Notes: a model not told the origin generated them from the letters alone. A stretch of DNA of 63,999 bases, filler included, from Hausera hauseri (GCA_046269625.1; 13 parts of 13 records of this genome joined end to end with filler, not necessarily neighbours in it), one strand, 5' to 3'; counted from the whole stretch's first letter, positions 12,607 through 24,280 are shown. A program made the numbers and translations.

Positions 12607-13674
12607 ATTTTTCGCCAAGTGATTTTAATTAACATGAAAATGTATACTATTATTTTAATACGTTGAATAAGACACTCAAGGCATAGCTCAACATACCCGC
12701 AGCAGATTTATTTTGTTCACTTAGGTTCGCAATATGGTCATCGAATGTTTTGACAACAATTAATTTAATCAAGTCAGATAATTAAGAATTATTAAAACAA
12801 ATGCGAAATTCAATTAAGAGCGCATTAACAAATGCGAAAGTGAATTTCTAATTAAAAAATTCATTTAAACCGCAAAACCAATGGCAGCATACGTAATTAA
12901 TTTATTGTCTATCTTACCGTAAGATTCACTATTTTAAGACTAATGGTACTTACATTATCACTTTGTTGTCCATCTTAAACTTTGCATCCCCCGTTAAGAA
13001 AAATATCGAAGCATACATCCAAACACTTCCTCCTACGGCAAGAGTTGAATGCAAATGCACGTTTTACCTCAGAGCAGACACCCCGTCGCCACGGTAGATA
13101 AGATGCTATCGGGGTGAACGTGATTGGTAGTGGCTCTCACCCCACCGCATGACGTTTCATCCTCCCCACGTGATCAGGCTGATATGCTAACACAGTATTG
13201 GTGGGAAGTGACATCATCCCATATATGGATAGGAATACGTAGCAGTTACGATTTGAACGGATAGTTGCTGCCTATTCCCGGTGGAAGCAGTTCCCTGCGT
13301 CGAGAAGCGGCTGCCTTCTAGCGAACTCTCATGTGAGTGGAAATTATATATTTTTACATGCTAATTTCATGTTGTATTCAATCGTTCAATTATTAGAAAA
13401 AAAAATTTAAACACTGTTTTCACATCCCCCAGGTGGCATAGGCTATGACGCAACGTGATAGAAACCTACACCCAAAATAATGTCAACTTCACTTGATCAA
13501 TACATAGGAGAAAAAGTAGGTTTTAACCCACGCAGCACAAGGCCACTCTCTAACATAAATTTATTTATAGAATTTACTAAATTATGTTACTAAAATTATC
13601 AATAAGAAACTTTAAAAGCAAGTATACACACAGAAAACACATACACCAGTTTTTGAAAATGATTTTATTTGGTA

Positions 13675-15116
13675 CTAACCAAAAGGTCTATATTTTGCTA
13701 TGCAAAGATCCAAGTTCACAATCTTATCAAGCTGCCAACCTGAGCCCAGATTCACAAATTGATCAAAGGAAGTCATTATTTTAGCATAAGCCTCAGTAAT
13801 ATGTTCATCGATCATATTCTCATTTAGCTGAATAATGCAATTACTGCGAAAATGCGGAAGGGCCGTACCACCATCTTCATCATCGCTGATGCGAGTAAGC
13901 ATAACTTGCACAACTATGTACCATTTGTATGACCTTTTCTCGCTTAATTCCACCTGCAATTGATGATGAATATGTGGTCTTACTTCATCAAGAAATAGTG
14001 GGAGATCACCATCGTTTCCCTCACTAGGCTCCAACGTATGCGTGGAAAATGTGTTTAATGCACTTTTGCTTCGCACCCATCGCTTACTCCTAGTCAGTAC
14101 AGGTTGTTCTTCCCTTGTCAGAGTAGGCTCATGGTTTCTAATATGCTTGAGAAGTTCACTTTTTCGCGTAAATGTTTGATTGCACTGTTCACATGAATAT
14201 TGCGTTTTTGCTTTTTGATGCATTTTTAAATGTAAATTCAGACTAATTTTTCGACTAAATTCTTTTTGACATACATCACAAGTAAATGATTTCGCGCTAG
14301 AATGAATTTTTTTATGACGTTTTAAATCAATTCTTTTAGTAAAGTCTTCGCCACATACATCACAAGCGAATGATTTTAGGTTTAAATGTGCTTTTTCATG
14401 ACGTTCCAAATCATATTTTCTAGTAAAAGATCTGCTACACACATTGCAAGGGAATGATTGTTTGTTCAAATGGATTGTTTCATGACGTTTCAGATCTGAT
14501 TTTTGTGCAAAGGCCTTATTACATGTACTGCATGCAAATGGTTTAACTCCCAAATGAATCTTCATATGACGATTAAGAAGATATTTTTCGGTAAAGGCTT
14601 TCCCACATATCTCGCACACCTGCAAAGATCAAAAGCATCATCTTAGTAATGCATTTTGCAATCCATACAATAAATAATCAACGATTTAAATGGTAAAATT
14701 TTAAATAACCAAAATATAACATCTCACACATTTCCTATGCCCATTACATATCGCGCAATAGTAAAGAGAGATTTCTCTCATGCACTCCCACATAATAGCG
14801 AAACATACATTTCAAATATTTGACAGGTACATACTTTCATCCCTCAATACCTTACATTCTTTAACATATCAATCAAAATCTATTGAATTTCCATGACATT
14901 TACACGTACAATTCGTAAAATGCGTTACACTCAATTTCTTCTCATATCAATACTGTTAATTACAATCGCCCGCATATATTTCTTATTTTTTATGATTGAA
15001 TACGCATGCATCATCAAACTAATACCCCAACAATAACATACTCTTTCATATGCACTTACCGCCGACAGAGGTGTCTTGGGTTCTGATATAGGTTCATCCA
15101 TATTATTAGACTGCAT
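13675..15116 (-). CDS. Spliced gene: 6 C2H2 zinc fingers + Polinton pPolB N-terminal (terminal-protein-like) domain; coding exons 15116-15060 and 14619-13675
   Basis: Exon MQSNNMDEPISEPKTPLSA|gtaagt ... tttgcag|VCEICGK in phase 0; six CxxC..H..H fingers; C-terminal SALN...KWYIVVQV...HFRS...GSGWQLDKIVNLDLCIAKYRPFG*; AATAAA just after the stop. Confidence 0.8.
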
Positions 15117-15208
15117 GCTCCACACAACCTACAGAAACAGAAGTTTTCTATGAAAATGATTCCTGTCGTGCGAACGGTCCTACAGATTTTCAAAACCCAA
15201 CAATTTTG

Positions 15209-15563
15209 CGATTTTTTGATGATTTTTCGCCAAATTTGACCATATTTGCTGATAAATCGCTTCCGATTACATACATGCAATCTGATTGGCTGATCCCAAC
15301 ATCACGTGATCTATGTCACGTGATTCGACGAATTAATGTATCTTATAATTTTAATTTATAAATTTTAGATGTTAATTCTTGCACGCAGTAGAGGTATAAT
15401 GTAATTAGTTACTGCTAGCATATTGTTTGTAATAATTGATTAATTGAATCACGTGACATAGATCACGTGATGTTGGGTTCAGCCAATCAGATTGCATGTA
15501 TGTAATCGGAGGCAATTTATCTGCAAATATGGTTGAATTTGGCGAGAAATCATCAAAAAATCG
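15209..15563. promoter_or_regulatory. 118-bp inverted repeat (15209-15326 / 15446-15563); candidate bidirectional promoter
   Basis: Arms differ at about 7 positions by eye; each has two CACGTG E-boxes and an AGCCAATCAG CCAAT box and points toward one of the two zinc-finger genes. Confidence 0.8.
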
Positions 15564-15660
15564 TTGAATTTAGGCAGAATGTGAAAGGTAGTGGGATCAG
15601 ATTCATTTCCATATAAATTTTTAGTGTTTGTAGGTTGCGACGCAATTGTAGATTAAGAAT

Positions 15661-16600
15661 ATGAGTGCGTCCATACCTACCCCCACTGTGGGAATACACA
15701 CCGTTAGTCCCATTGTAAGTATATGTTTTAATTGACACATCTTTTGTTTGGTAATGCATGAGAATTGTAATATTTGAAGTAGGGAATTCATGGTTATGTT
15801 TCTGGGAAAGCATTCTTTTTCTCTAATTGCATAGTACAAATCGGAGAATTATTTTTAAGTGCTAATCTTACAAGTATGAACAATGTGTATAATAATGAAA
15901 TCAATTTTAAGATGTTGGAGGTTATAAACATTTGTCAAATTTAGGATTTTAAATACGTAATATTCCAAATGTGAAAAAATCAGTGATTTAAAACAATGTG
16001 ACTAAAACTTAATTTTTTTTTTTTTTTTTTTTTAATATCAATGTAAAATGAATATATTCCGTTCAGAAGTGACATTCATATACTAAAGGTAAATATTTGT
16101 AACGGTTGAAAATGCGTTTTGCATGCAATTTCTCACCCTGTTTCAATTTGTAAAAGTGCATATTGTGTAAAAATATAGTGTATCGACCAAAAAATGAATT
16201 CTAAGATGTGGCTTTCAATCTTTCGCAGGTGTGTGAGACATGCGGGAAAACCTTTACCCTGAAAAAGAATCTTAATCAGCATATGAAGATACATTTGGGA
16301 GTAAAACCATTTGTGTGCGATACGTGTAATAGCGCTTTTACTAGAAAATCAGATTTAAAACAGCATGTGAAAATTCATTTAAATATGAAATCATTTGCTT
16401 GTGATGTATGTGGTGAAGCTTTTACTAGAAAATATGATTTGGAACGTCATAGAAAGGTACATTCAAACATAAAATCATTCACTTGCGGCGTATGTGAGAA
16501 GGCGTTTGCAGGAAAATATGAATTAAAACGACATGAAAAAACGCATTTGAACGTGAAATCATTCACTTGTGACGTATGCGATGAAGCTTTTACAGATCGG
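15661..16600 (+). CDS. Spliced C2H2 zinc-finger gene, paralog of the minus-strand gene; coding exons 15661-15714 and 16229->contig end; partial
   Basis: MSASIPTPTVGIHTVSPI|gtaagt ... tttcgcag|VCETCGK in phase 0; 4 complete fingers plus a partial one; shares MKIHLGVKPF and FTRKYDLERH with the paralog. Confidence 0.8.
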
Positions 16601-16700
16601 NNNNNNNNNNNNNNNNNNNNNNNNNNNNNNNNNNNNNNNNNNNNTTAATTAATTAANNNNNNNNNNNNNNNNNNNNNNNNNNNNNNNNNNNNNNNNNNNN
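16601..16700. other. Artificial contig linker
   Basis: N-run + TTAATTAATTAA + N-run. Confidence 0.99.
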
Positions 16701-17045
16701 TGGAGGATCTCAGCTCAGTGCGCTTACTCAGCTGCACCGGCGAGGACCCTGTAGGTTAATATATCTAACTTTTTTGTGTAGGAATTTTAACCACATTTTT
16801 GTCCGGGTAGCGGCCGAAGGGCTACTCTTTTTCGATTTCCAACTACCAAGGGATCTTTTACGTGCGAAACGTTCACACGGGACCTATGAATGTATCGTCC
16901 ATCTACGATAGGACTAAGCGCCGGTCTACCTACACACAGACCGGGGACAGCATTATAGGTTTTTCCCGCCGCCTAACCAGTAATATCTCGATCACAGGTT
17001 CGTAGCGGTAAGGGTGAACACACCACTGTCCACTCAGCCACGCTG
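16701..17045 (-). mobile_element. Putative tRNA-headed SINE with Nin/Deu-like central domain
   Basis: Minus strand reads A-box-like TGGCTGAGTGG, then GGTCCC...CACGTAAAAGATCCC...AAGAGTAG, resembling the Deu/Nin SINE core; B-box is poor. Confidence 0.5.
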
Positions 17046-17309
17046 TTGCCTTGCCAAATGTTGTAATCGTATGAACCCTTATAAATTGATACTTAGATTT
17101 AAACCACGAGTTGCCGCGGTGGTCTGCCAGCCAACAAGCGATTCCCCCCCTGCGAGTCTGCCAGCAAGTCTCGAACGGTTCCCCCACGTCGACGCCACCC
17201 AGACAACTAAGCTAGGGCTGGAAGGTCACTAACACTAACCTTATATAACAGCCATCACCCCTGCCACCGCTACATGTAATCCCCTGAAAACACTATACTT
17301 ATGCTTGGA

Positions 17310-18665
17310 GGAAAGGTCTTGGTCGCTAATAACCCTAACAATGCTACCCTTATACGAGACGGCACATGATGATGATTAGACATACCCTGTCATAATCCTA
17401 TCCTCAGCACCCCTACCTATATATGTCATCAAAAATGATGATGGTGAGACTACATAAAAAACCGATATAAATATTTACTTAAATATATCTAATGGAGACG
17501 ACGGAAGGTCTTGGTCACTAGCCTTATAAGATAACACCACCACCCCATCGTCCCTAGCTCCGCCCAATCACCGGAACCACTATCCCAGCATCCCTAACTA
17601 TTCTAACTATATGCGTCATTAAAAGAATGATGATGATGAAAATAGAATGATGATGATGAAAATATGCTTGCGTTCCAGAAAAAGACGATTTCTTATTAAC
17701 CTTTTTCCTGACCATAGCCCCTTAGCCCCTAACTAGTTACTTAGGAACCCCTAAGAAGACCTTATAGGGAGGCAGCCCGCTTACTAATGATGATGATGAA
17801 AAGAAAAAAGAAAAGATGCTTACGTTGCAATAAAATAAAGAATCTAACTACATAAATTCCTTATATAACCTTACCGTAGGGGGAGGGAGTTTTTGTTATA
17901 TGAGCCATGTTCTCCCCCAACAAGTATTGCTTTATATGGACCCATTCCTCCCCCTAAAAAAATCGATACAAATAAGGCTCATTTTGTAATACTATTAAGC
18001 TACTCACACATTAGCGACACCATCAGAAAGAAAGAAAAGTGTATCACTCTGGTTGTATAAAGGAAAGTGTTTATACACAGAAGAATAATGTGATTGGCTA
18101 ACCAATCAGAAACAAGATGGGGCCAGGTAAGGGGGAGACAATTTTTGTAAGGGAGAAACAATTTTTGTTAAGGGGGAGACAGTTTGTGCTGTTAGGGCTA
18201 TTAGTCATCGTCATTGTCTGACTGACCAAGACCTACCGCCATATTTGAGAGTTAAGATATACGACTGTTAGAGGAGGAGGCAGGGGATCAGAGGCATGTT
18301 TCTTCTTCGAGTATAGCTATCAGTCATCATCGTTGTCTGACTAACCAGGACCTACCGCAATGTTTGAGAGTTGAGATATAAGACTGTGGGAGGAGGAGGA
18401 AAGTGATCTAAAGTATGTTTCTTCTTCTTCTGCTCTTGTCTTGCCCAAAACGTTGGAGTGGGTCTACTGCTCATCACTTCCGATTATCTTACGTATTTGC
18501 CTGCAGGTAATATAGCCCATATAGGAAAAAACCTGCAGGGAATGAAATATAAGAAAACATTATGGCCAATAATCGATGTCGGATTTGTGTAACAGCTAGT
18601 TGAGGGTGGAGATGTAGTAGACTGACCAAGACTTTCCAACTCTTTTGAGTTGTAAGATAACAGTT
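17310..18665. repeat. Non-coding repeat-rich region: GACCAAGACC-type motif in both orientations, ~119-bp tandem duplication, AATGATGATG(A) repeats
   Basis: ggtcttggtc near 17315 and 17506; gactgaccaagac-like near 18220, 18339 and 18620; 18202-18308 resembles 18321-18427. Confidence 0.7.
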
Positions 18666-18667
18666 AC

Positions 18668-19376
18668 GAGGGATTTAACTTGGCTTTCCTGACTACCAGG
18701 ACGGTGTACATTATAACAGATTTATAATCTTCCGCTGGATCTTCGGCTAAAAGGCTGAAAGCATCCTTGGCCATTGAATAGCTTTATTTTTACATCTACA
18801 CCGTTCAGCAAGTATAGGTCTTGCACAAAAATGTAACTTTCCCATCATATCCATTTCTCGACTACCTACAGCCAATTCCCGATGCATTTTTATTCCAAAG
18901 TTAAATTCGTCTTTTCCATCTTCGAAAATTTTGGCGTGTCATTGTAAAAGAGAACTACAGTCAAAGTGACCCTTCTTGGCTTCCTGCCCATAATTTAAGG
19001 TCGATTCGAGGTAAGCTCTGTAAGGATACGTGCTTTCACTAGGCGTGATCAACGTGTCGTTCAGGGCTACATCCACTTGAGAAAATAAACTGTGTAGGTA
19101 ACTGTTTATTGGGGCGACAGCCACGTCTTCGGGTATGTTATTACCGTTGGCTAAAACGACTTTGACTCTCACGTGTAAAAACGTATTAAACAAATCCAGA
19201 TACTCTTCGCCATTTCCAGATATTACAAATTCTATGGGCGCCCCAGGTGCGAGAGAAGCGAGAGGGTGAATTTCTACAAACTGTCCTTCTTCTACCACCG
19301 TTTGTGTCGGGGGAACGCTAAACACATCCAATCTGGAGTGAAGGCACTCGCACGACCCGGGGTGAATGAGAGACAT
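18668..19376 (-). pseudogene. Polinton/adintovirus major capsid protein (hexon-like), N-terminal half, frameshifted and truncated
   Basis: MSLIHPGSCECLHSRLDVFSVPPTQT, PIEFVISGNGEEYLDL, LHSLFSQVDV, YPYRAYLE; downstream frames give YLLNGVDVKIKL and VRKAKLNP. Confidence 0.88.
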
Positions 19377-19377
19377 T

Positions 19378-19848
19378 ATTAATCAAAAATGTCTGAATAC
19401 GGCCTCACTCGCTTTTTCTTGAACTCGTTATGAGAAATACTCGAGGCGACCGTCGGTTTTATTCTTTTGCTAAAGGGCTCGCCTGATGGGGTAGCTTTTC
19501 TTTTACATTGCCACTAACCGATTGGTTGTCTGCCACGTGGCTCACTGCACCTTACAGCAGTCTCTGACCCACTTGTTTGGCGTGGTCTCTAAAGCTTCAC
19601 CTACATTTCTACCAGCTAAAGCATCATGGGCGACTTGCAAGCCAGTACCAATGCCTTCCCTGAGCAGGGCTTTTCCTTCAGTCTTTAGCCATGGGAGCAC
19701 CATTTGACCCAAGCCGCTAAAGAAACTTCCAATCCCTCTCCATCTCTGATGTCTACCACCGACAAAGACGGGAATCTCATCTCCGGCTTGACTGCGGTAA
19801 GTCTTTGTATGCCTTGGCGTTTTGATGCAAAGGGGTATGTCTGACCAT
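19378..19848 (-). pseudogene. Polinton/adintovirus virion core / membrane-active precursor
   Basis: Across frameshifts reads YRSQAG..VFVGGRHQRWRGIGSFFSGLGQMVLPWLK...basic tail...DIFD; lies between the minor and major capsid genes. Confidence 0.7.
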
Positions 19849-19850
19849 CT

Positions 19851-20624
19851 TTACTGGAAATCGACTTGTCTCTTCGTCCTAAAATGTAACGTCACCGTCG
19901 ATATTCCGCTCATAAATGGGATCTTATGTCCCTGTTCGTTGGTTAAAAGTATTTCCACAGTATCAAAAGAAAAACAGCTCAACGGTAAGTAATGCGGCTT
20001 GTTGTAAATTCTAAACACTGAACACAATGTTTTATTAAAAATAGGAACAGTTTGCAACAGTGGGACCATGACATCTCCAACAGGACTCGCGGCTACGAGA
20101 TCAGAGTACACACACACGTTTCGTATGTCGCTGTGGAGATTCGATGGTGATTCACCTACTAGTAGTAACTTGTTGTCTGCGATGTGCTGGGCTGTGAACC
20201 CAGCCATGCTTCTTAATTTTTCGCTAATAAATACTGTGGCCTCCTTTTTGCACCATTCCAACAGGACAGTTTTCTTGACTCGGTGATAGCAGACTCGAAT
20301 TGGTGGGGGTTCAATATCCTTCACCGCTATGGCGATCAAACGATTCAATTCGTCTACAAAAGAATTTGGTGAATTGTACAGCCCCGAAAGTAATATAATT
20401 TGTATGGGTCGTTTTGTCATATCTAAGGGTTTTTCGTAATGGAGCCACACTTCGTTTTCTAGAACGTTAAAATAACTGGTTGGAAATTCAATTTCCACCA
20501 AACCCATTTCGTAATTGGAAGTTAGGTTTATGGTTTGCGGTAGTTTTACGTAAAACTGACTGGGGGTATTGTCAGGAAACGTTTTCAGAGAGGCGTTGCT
20601 AGGTAGCGTCACGTAGAAGCTCAT
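19851..20624 (-). CDS. Polinton/adintovirus minor capsid (penton-like) protein
   Basis: MSFYVTLPSNAS..FPDNT..F.VKLP..I.L...YEMGL.EI; VYSDLV...VGD..VPLL..V; PHYLPL; VTLHFR. Confidence 0.88.
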   Translation of the reverse strand: MSFYVTLPSNASLKTFPDNTPSQFYVKLPQTINLTSNYEMGLVEIEFPTSYFNVLENEVWLHYEKPLDMTKRPIQIILLSGLYNSPNSFVDELNRLIAIAVKDIEPPPIRVCYHRVKKTVLLEWCKKEATVFISEKLRSMAGFTAQHIADNKLLLVGESPSNLHSDIRNVCVYSDLVAASPVGDVMVPLLQTVPIFNKTLCSVFRIYNKPHYLPLSCFSFDTVEILLTNEQGHKIPFMSGISTVTLHFRTKRQVDFQ

Positions 20625-20715
20625 AACCGTGTCTTTTGTGTTAATTAGCCCAAACAGTTCCTCCTAACCGCTTCCTCTATTTAGATGGTTCGTAAACTTG
20701 ATCGTTGCGCCATAT

Positions 20716-20815
20716 NNNNNNNNNNNNNNNNNNNNNNNNNNNNNNNNNNNNNNNNNNNNTTAATTAATTAANNNNNNNNNNNNNNNNNNNNNNNNNNNNN
20801 NNNNNNNNNNNNNNN
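20716..20815. other. Artificial contig linker
   Basis: N-run + TTAATTAATTAA + N-run. Confidence 0.99.
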
Positions 20816-21673
20816 ACGTACTCCACCGACCAAAATCGGTTCGGTGACATTCACGTAAATGTACATTTGACTTAGTCCCGTTTTCAGTTTGGATTTGAGT
20901 GTTGCAACATGTGTCACCGCCGTCTTCGTATTCGTCGATGCCTCAAACTGCTGTTTTAAAAACCCAATACCATGGCCAAAGCTTTGTCCAATGAAATGTC
21001 GACAATATCCTTAGCCAATTCAAATTTAACATACCCATTTGCATCTGATTCGAAAACTTTAAATATCGCCTTGTACTGTTGATTTGAAAAGTATTGACAG
21101 AGCTGTGCTACAGATTCACAATAGACATGGTCTCCAATCGATACGTATGACGTTGACACCCTTCCTGTTGTATAGGTAAATTTTACCGTTGTCTGGTAAT
21201 ATACGGGATTTAATCTAGGAGCAACTATATTTTCACTTTTAATATGATTGCCTTTGTACTCTGTATTTATGAATGCAAATTTTTGCGCCATCTCAGAGAA
21301 GGGAAAGGTAACAGTAAATTCAAATTTTGCCATAAAAACTAAGTTTTCCCATAAAATATAAACACCGATTTTGCCGTGTGAACCGGAACCTGTTTCGGTT
21401 GTGCAAATGACCGATTCTCCAACCGTTATTTTATTGTTAGTAAGTGTTAGAGGACAAGAATGTTTTGGTTTGAGTAACAGTCTTGAACGTTATTTTCATA
21501 CTACCTTTCAATGTCACCGGTGCGTAGGGAAAGTTAAATTCCGTCAGTGCAACCTTCCATTGTCTATCAGATAAATCCAAAGGATTGTTCCAATCTACAA
21601 CGTATTCACTAGCGGCATTGTTTGGACGAGTCGTCGGACAACTGTTGCTCGGCAACACCATGTAAATACTCAT
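20816..21673 (-). pseudogene. Polinton minor capsid (penton-like) paralog 2 with large insert; partial
   Basis: MSIYMVLPSNSCP...NAASEY...PLDLSDRQWKVALTEF; later LAMVLGF and QMYIYVNVTEPILVGG. Confidence 0.75.
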
Positions 21674-21718
21674 GATCTCGATGATGATGATGATGATGGT
21701 GATGATGCAGTTTGTTTA

Positions 21719-22795
21719 TTATCGACGTTGACGACGTCGAAAATGTAACGTCAAATGTGTCGTTGACCGAAACAGAAATTTAATGGGTTCCCAAAATTCA
21801 TCAAGCATATACATGGAAATACTGTGCACAATATTGTGAGACAATGATAAGTACACGGGTCTGAACATATTAACGCGAACAGTTTCACCCGATGTTTTGT
21901 ACGTGTCAGAATCCACGTCAATAGAAGCCAGTAGATTTTTACGTTCTCCACCAACGAGTACGGATTTGGTTAAGTCCGTTAAAATGTTGATGCGGTCAAT
22001 TGCTCCATAGAGTTGTGGTTTGTATTTTGCAACAATAGATCGTCCAACAATGTTTTTATAAAATTCACGTTTTGGAAAACCGCGATTCCGAGCCAATAAT
22101 TCACCAAAGGCAAAATACGTAACATTGTCATGGACTGTAATCGAAATGTGACCATTTGCGTTTATTTCACATGTTTTTACGGCTAATGTAGTTGTTTTTT
22201 TGACGTATTCAGACAATGCCAGTTTCATTTCCATTAGTAAATCGTGTGGTATAATGTATGAGCGGAAGACTGATTTTGACTTAGTCCATTTTACTATAAT
22301 ATCGGATTCCTCGTTGGACGAAAGGTCCAATTTTTCAACAATTATAACATGTCCACCTAGCCGTAGACGTTTTGAGTGTACACTGACTGATTGGAAACCC
22401 CATACCTGAGCATCAGCTAAAAGAATTAAACTGCATTTCAATTGGATTTCGATGCATTAGTTTCATACGGTAATTTGAAAAATAAGCATAAACCTAGAAA
22501 TTTTCTCGCGAATATTTGTGAATAATATATCGGTTATAGGAACGGATTGTCCGCAAACGACTTGAAATAAGGTTTGTTTTTTGTCGGGTAAAGTAAATAC
22601 CACTGTTCTGAGGTATTGTCATTGGCGAAAATGTAAATGTGAATTCTGTCAAAGCCACTTTTCAATCTCTGTGGCGTAAATCGACCGGTTGGTTCAAGTG
22701 TATGGTAAACTGTTTAGCGATATTGTCATTGTCGTCATGTTGTGATAATGATCTCTTACTATCAAGTACCAAGTAAATGCTGCTGATGCTGCTCT
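21719..22795 (-). pseudogene. Polinton minor capsid (penton-like) paralog 1 with large insert
   Basis: SSIYLVLDS...N.AKQFTIHLNQPVDL..VALTEFTF; C-terminal INILTDLTKSVLVGG..NLLASI, RPVYLSL, LTLHFRR. Confidence 0.78.
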
Positions 22796-23830
22796 TTGAA
22801 TCTGTGATGCAAAAATCCAACTTGTTGCATTGTGTCCGTGCCACTTGACGAGATATTGTTTATTCGAACCTTTGCCACGTGAACGTAGAATTTTCTGAAT
22901 ACAATACACACCGAGTTTCTCGGGCAGTACCTGAAGTTCCTGTTTGTAGAATTTACCCGGTATTTTCTCACCGTTTTTAACCTATAAAACGTACATGACA
23001 AGTGTTTGTTTTGTGTTGATTGTCGAAATGCAGAAAACCTCGTCGCTTCAGTTCTGATTGAAATTCTTAATGAATTTCGCAGTACTTATTTTCAAAATAC
23101 GTACGCAAGCACCGATTTTATTTTTTGGGCGTTTAATTGCCTGTGTTCTGTTTTGATAAAGCCACATGTCCAAATAATCAACTGGCCGTAATCCATTGAT
23201 GCTACGGTGTGTCGAATGATTGTATGCATGAATAATATCCGGCCGTACATCTACCCAGCATTTTTTGCCTTTCTTCGTAAAGTATTTGTTTGGGCGACCG
23301 CGCAATGTTCGATTAAATCGTTCAACGAGTGCAGCCTTGAATCGGGAAAACACAGAGCAGTGGTTTACACCGAGCCGTTTCAAGACCGTTGCAACGTGGC
23401 CGTTGTAGAATTTTTTACCCAAATCTGTTTGTAAATGCTTCGGCCGTTGTTGTTGTTGTTGTATCAGTGCCTGAACAGCGTCGTCAATCTCTTTACCGGA
23501 TTTAGGTTTCACAATAATTGCACGAGCAAAACGACTAAACACATCAACGCATGTCAGCACGTACCGATACCCATTGTTGATGCTGGCGTAAGGAATCATT
23601 TCCATCAGATCCATTTGTCATACATTATTTACATCGGCAGCACGATATGCACGAGTTGGAAACCGCCTTTCTTATCGGTTTGTTTAGGCTGTATGCTAAC
23701 TGTTTCCTGAGGTAACGTTGGGTCTGTTGCCGTGTCTGTTTGATAGTCTTTGCCAGTTTGTCGAAGCCAGTATACCCGACGGGATGATGCTGATCGAGCC
23801 ATACGTCACCAATCGTTGTCGTCGATGATT
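22790..23830 (-). pseudogene. Polinton retroviral-like integrase with C-terminal chromodomain
   Basis: MDLMEM..YASINNGYRYVLTCVDVFSRFA, LQTDLGKKF, KAALVERFNRTL, YNHSTHRSI; QYLVKWHG...SW chromodomain. Confidence 0.9.
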
Positions 23831-23956
23831 CGGGTGTGCTTGTATTACAACAATTAGAACAAAACGTGAATGAAAGACTCGGTAAACTGAAACAGAAAGA
23901 TTAAAACCATGCACCCATATCGCTAAATCATCATATACTTACCTCCATTGTTTATA

Positions 23957-24280
23957 TTAAACTGTTTCGCCAATGAGTCCACCCAGTAATGACATGACAA
24001 CCGGTAGAATTGCACCAAGGAATCCGCCGTCTTGCTGGTACATGACATCTCGTTTCAGTCGTTTACTACAAGCGCTGGCAAGGCCAATGAATCGTTTTCG
24101 ATACTTTAGTAAATTCCGCTTCCCACTACCAATGTTAACGTGATCCAAAAAGATATAGTGTAAAATTTCAATCAAATCGTCTACTACAAATTGCCAGAAT
24201 GATCGTAGCATGATTCGCTTATATCTCGTAGGTGCCTTGAACAAAGCAATAAAGTACGGATGACTACGTTTGAATCGCAT
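23957..24280 (-). CDS. Small conserved Polinton/adintovirus protein with QxGGFL amphipathic tail (pX-like)
   Basis: Ends QQDGGFLGAILPVVMSLLGGLIG; basic N-terminal part; located between the ATPase and the integrase. Confidence 0.7.
   Translation of the reverse strand: MRFKRSHPYFIALFKAPTRYKRIMLRSFWQFVVDDLIEILHYIFLDHVNIGSGKRNLLKYRKRFIGLASACSKRLKRDVMYQQDGGFLGAILPVVMSLLGGLIGETV

Noticed and set aside
16980-17045. tRNA gene
   Set aside because: Only an A-box-like motif, with no cloverleaf or good B-box; better read as a SINE head
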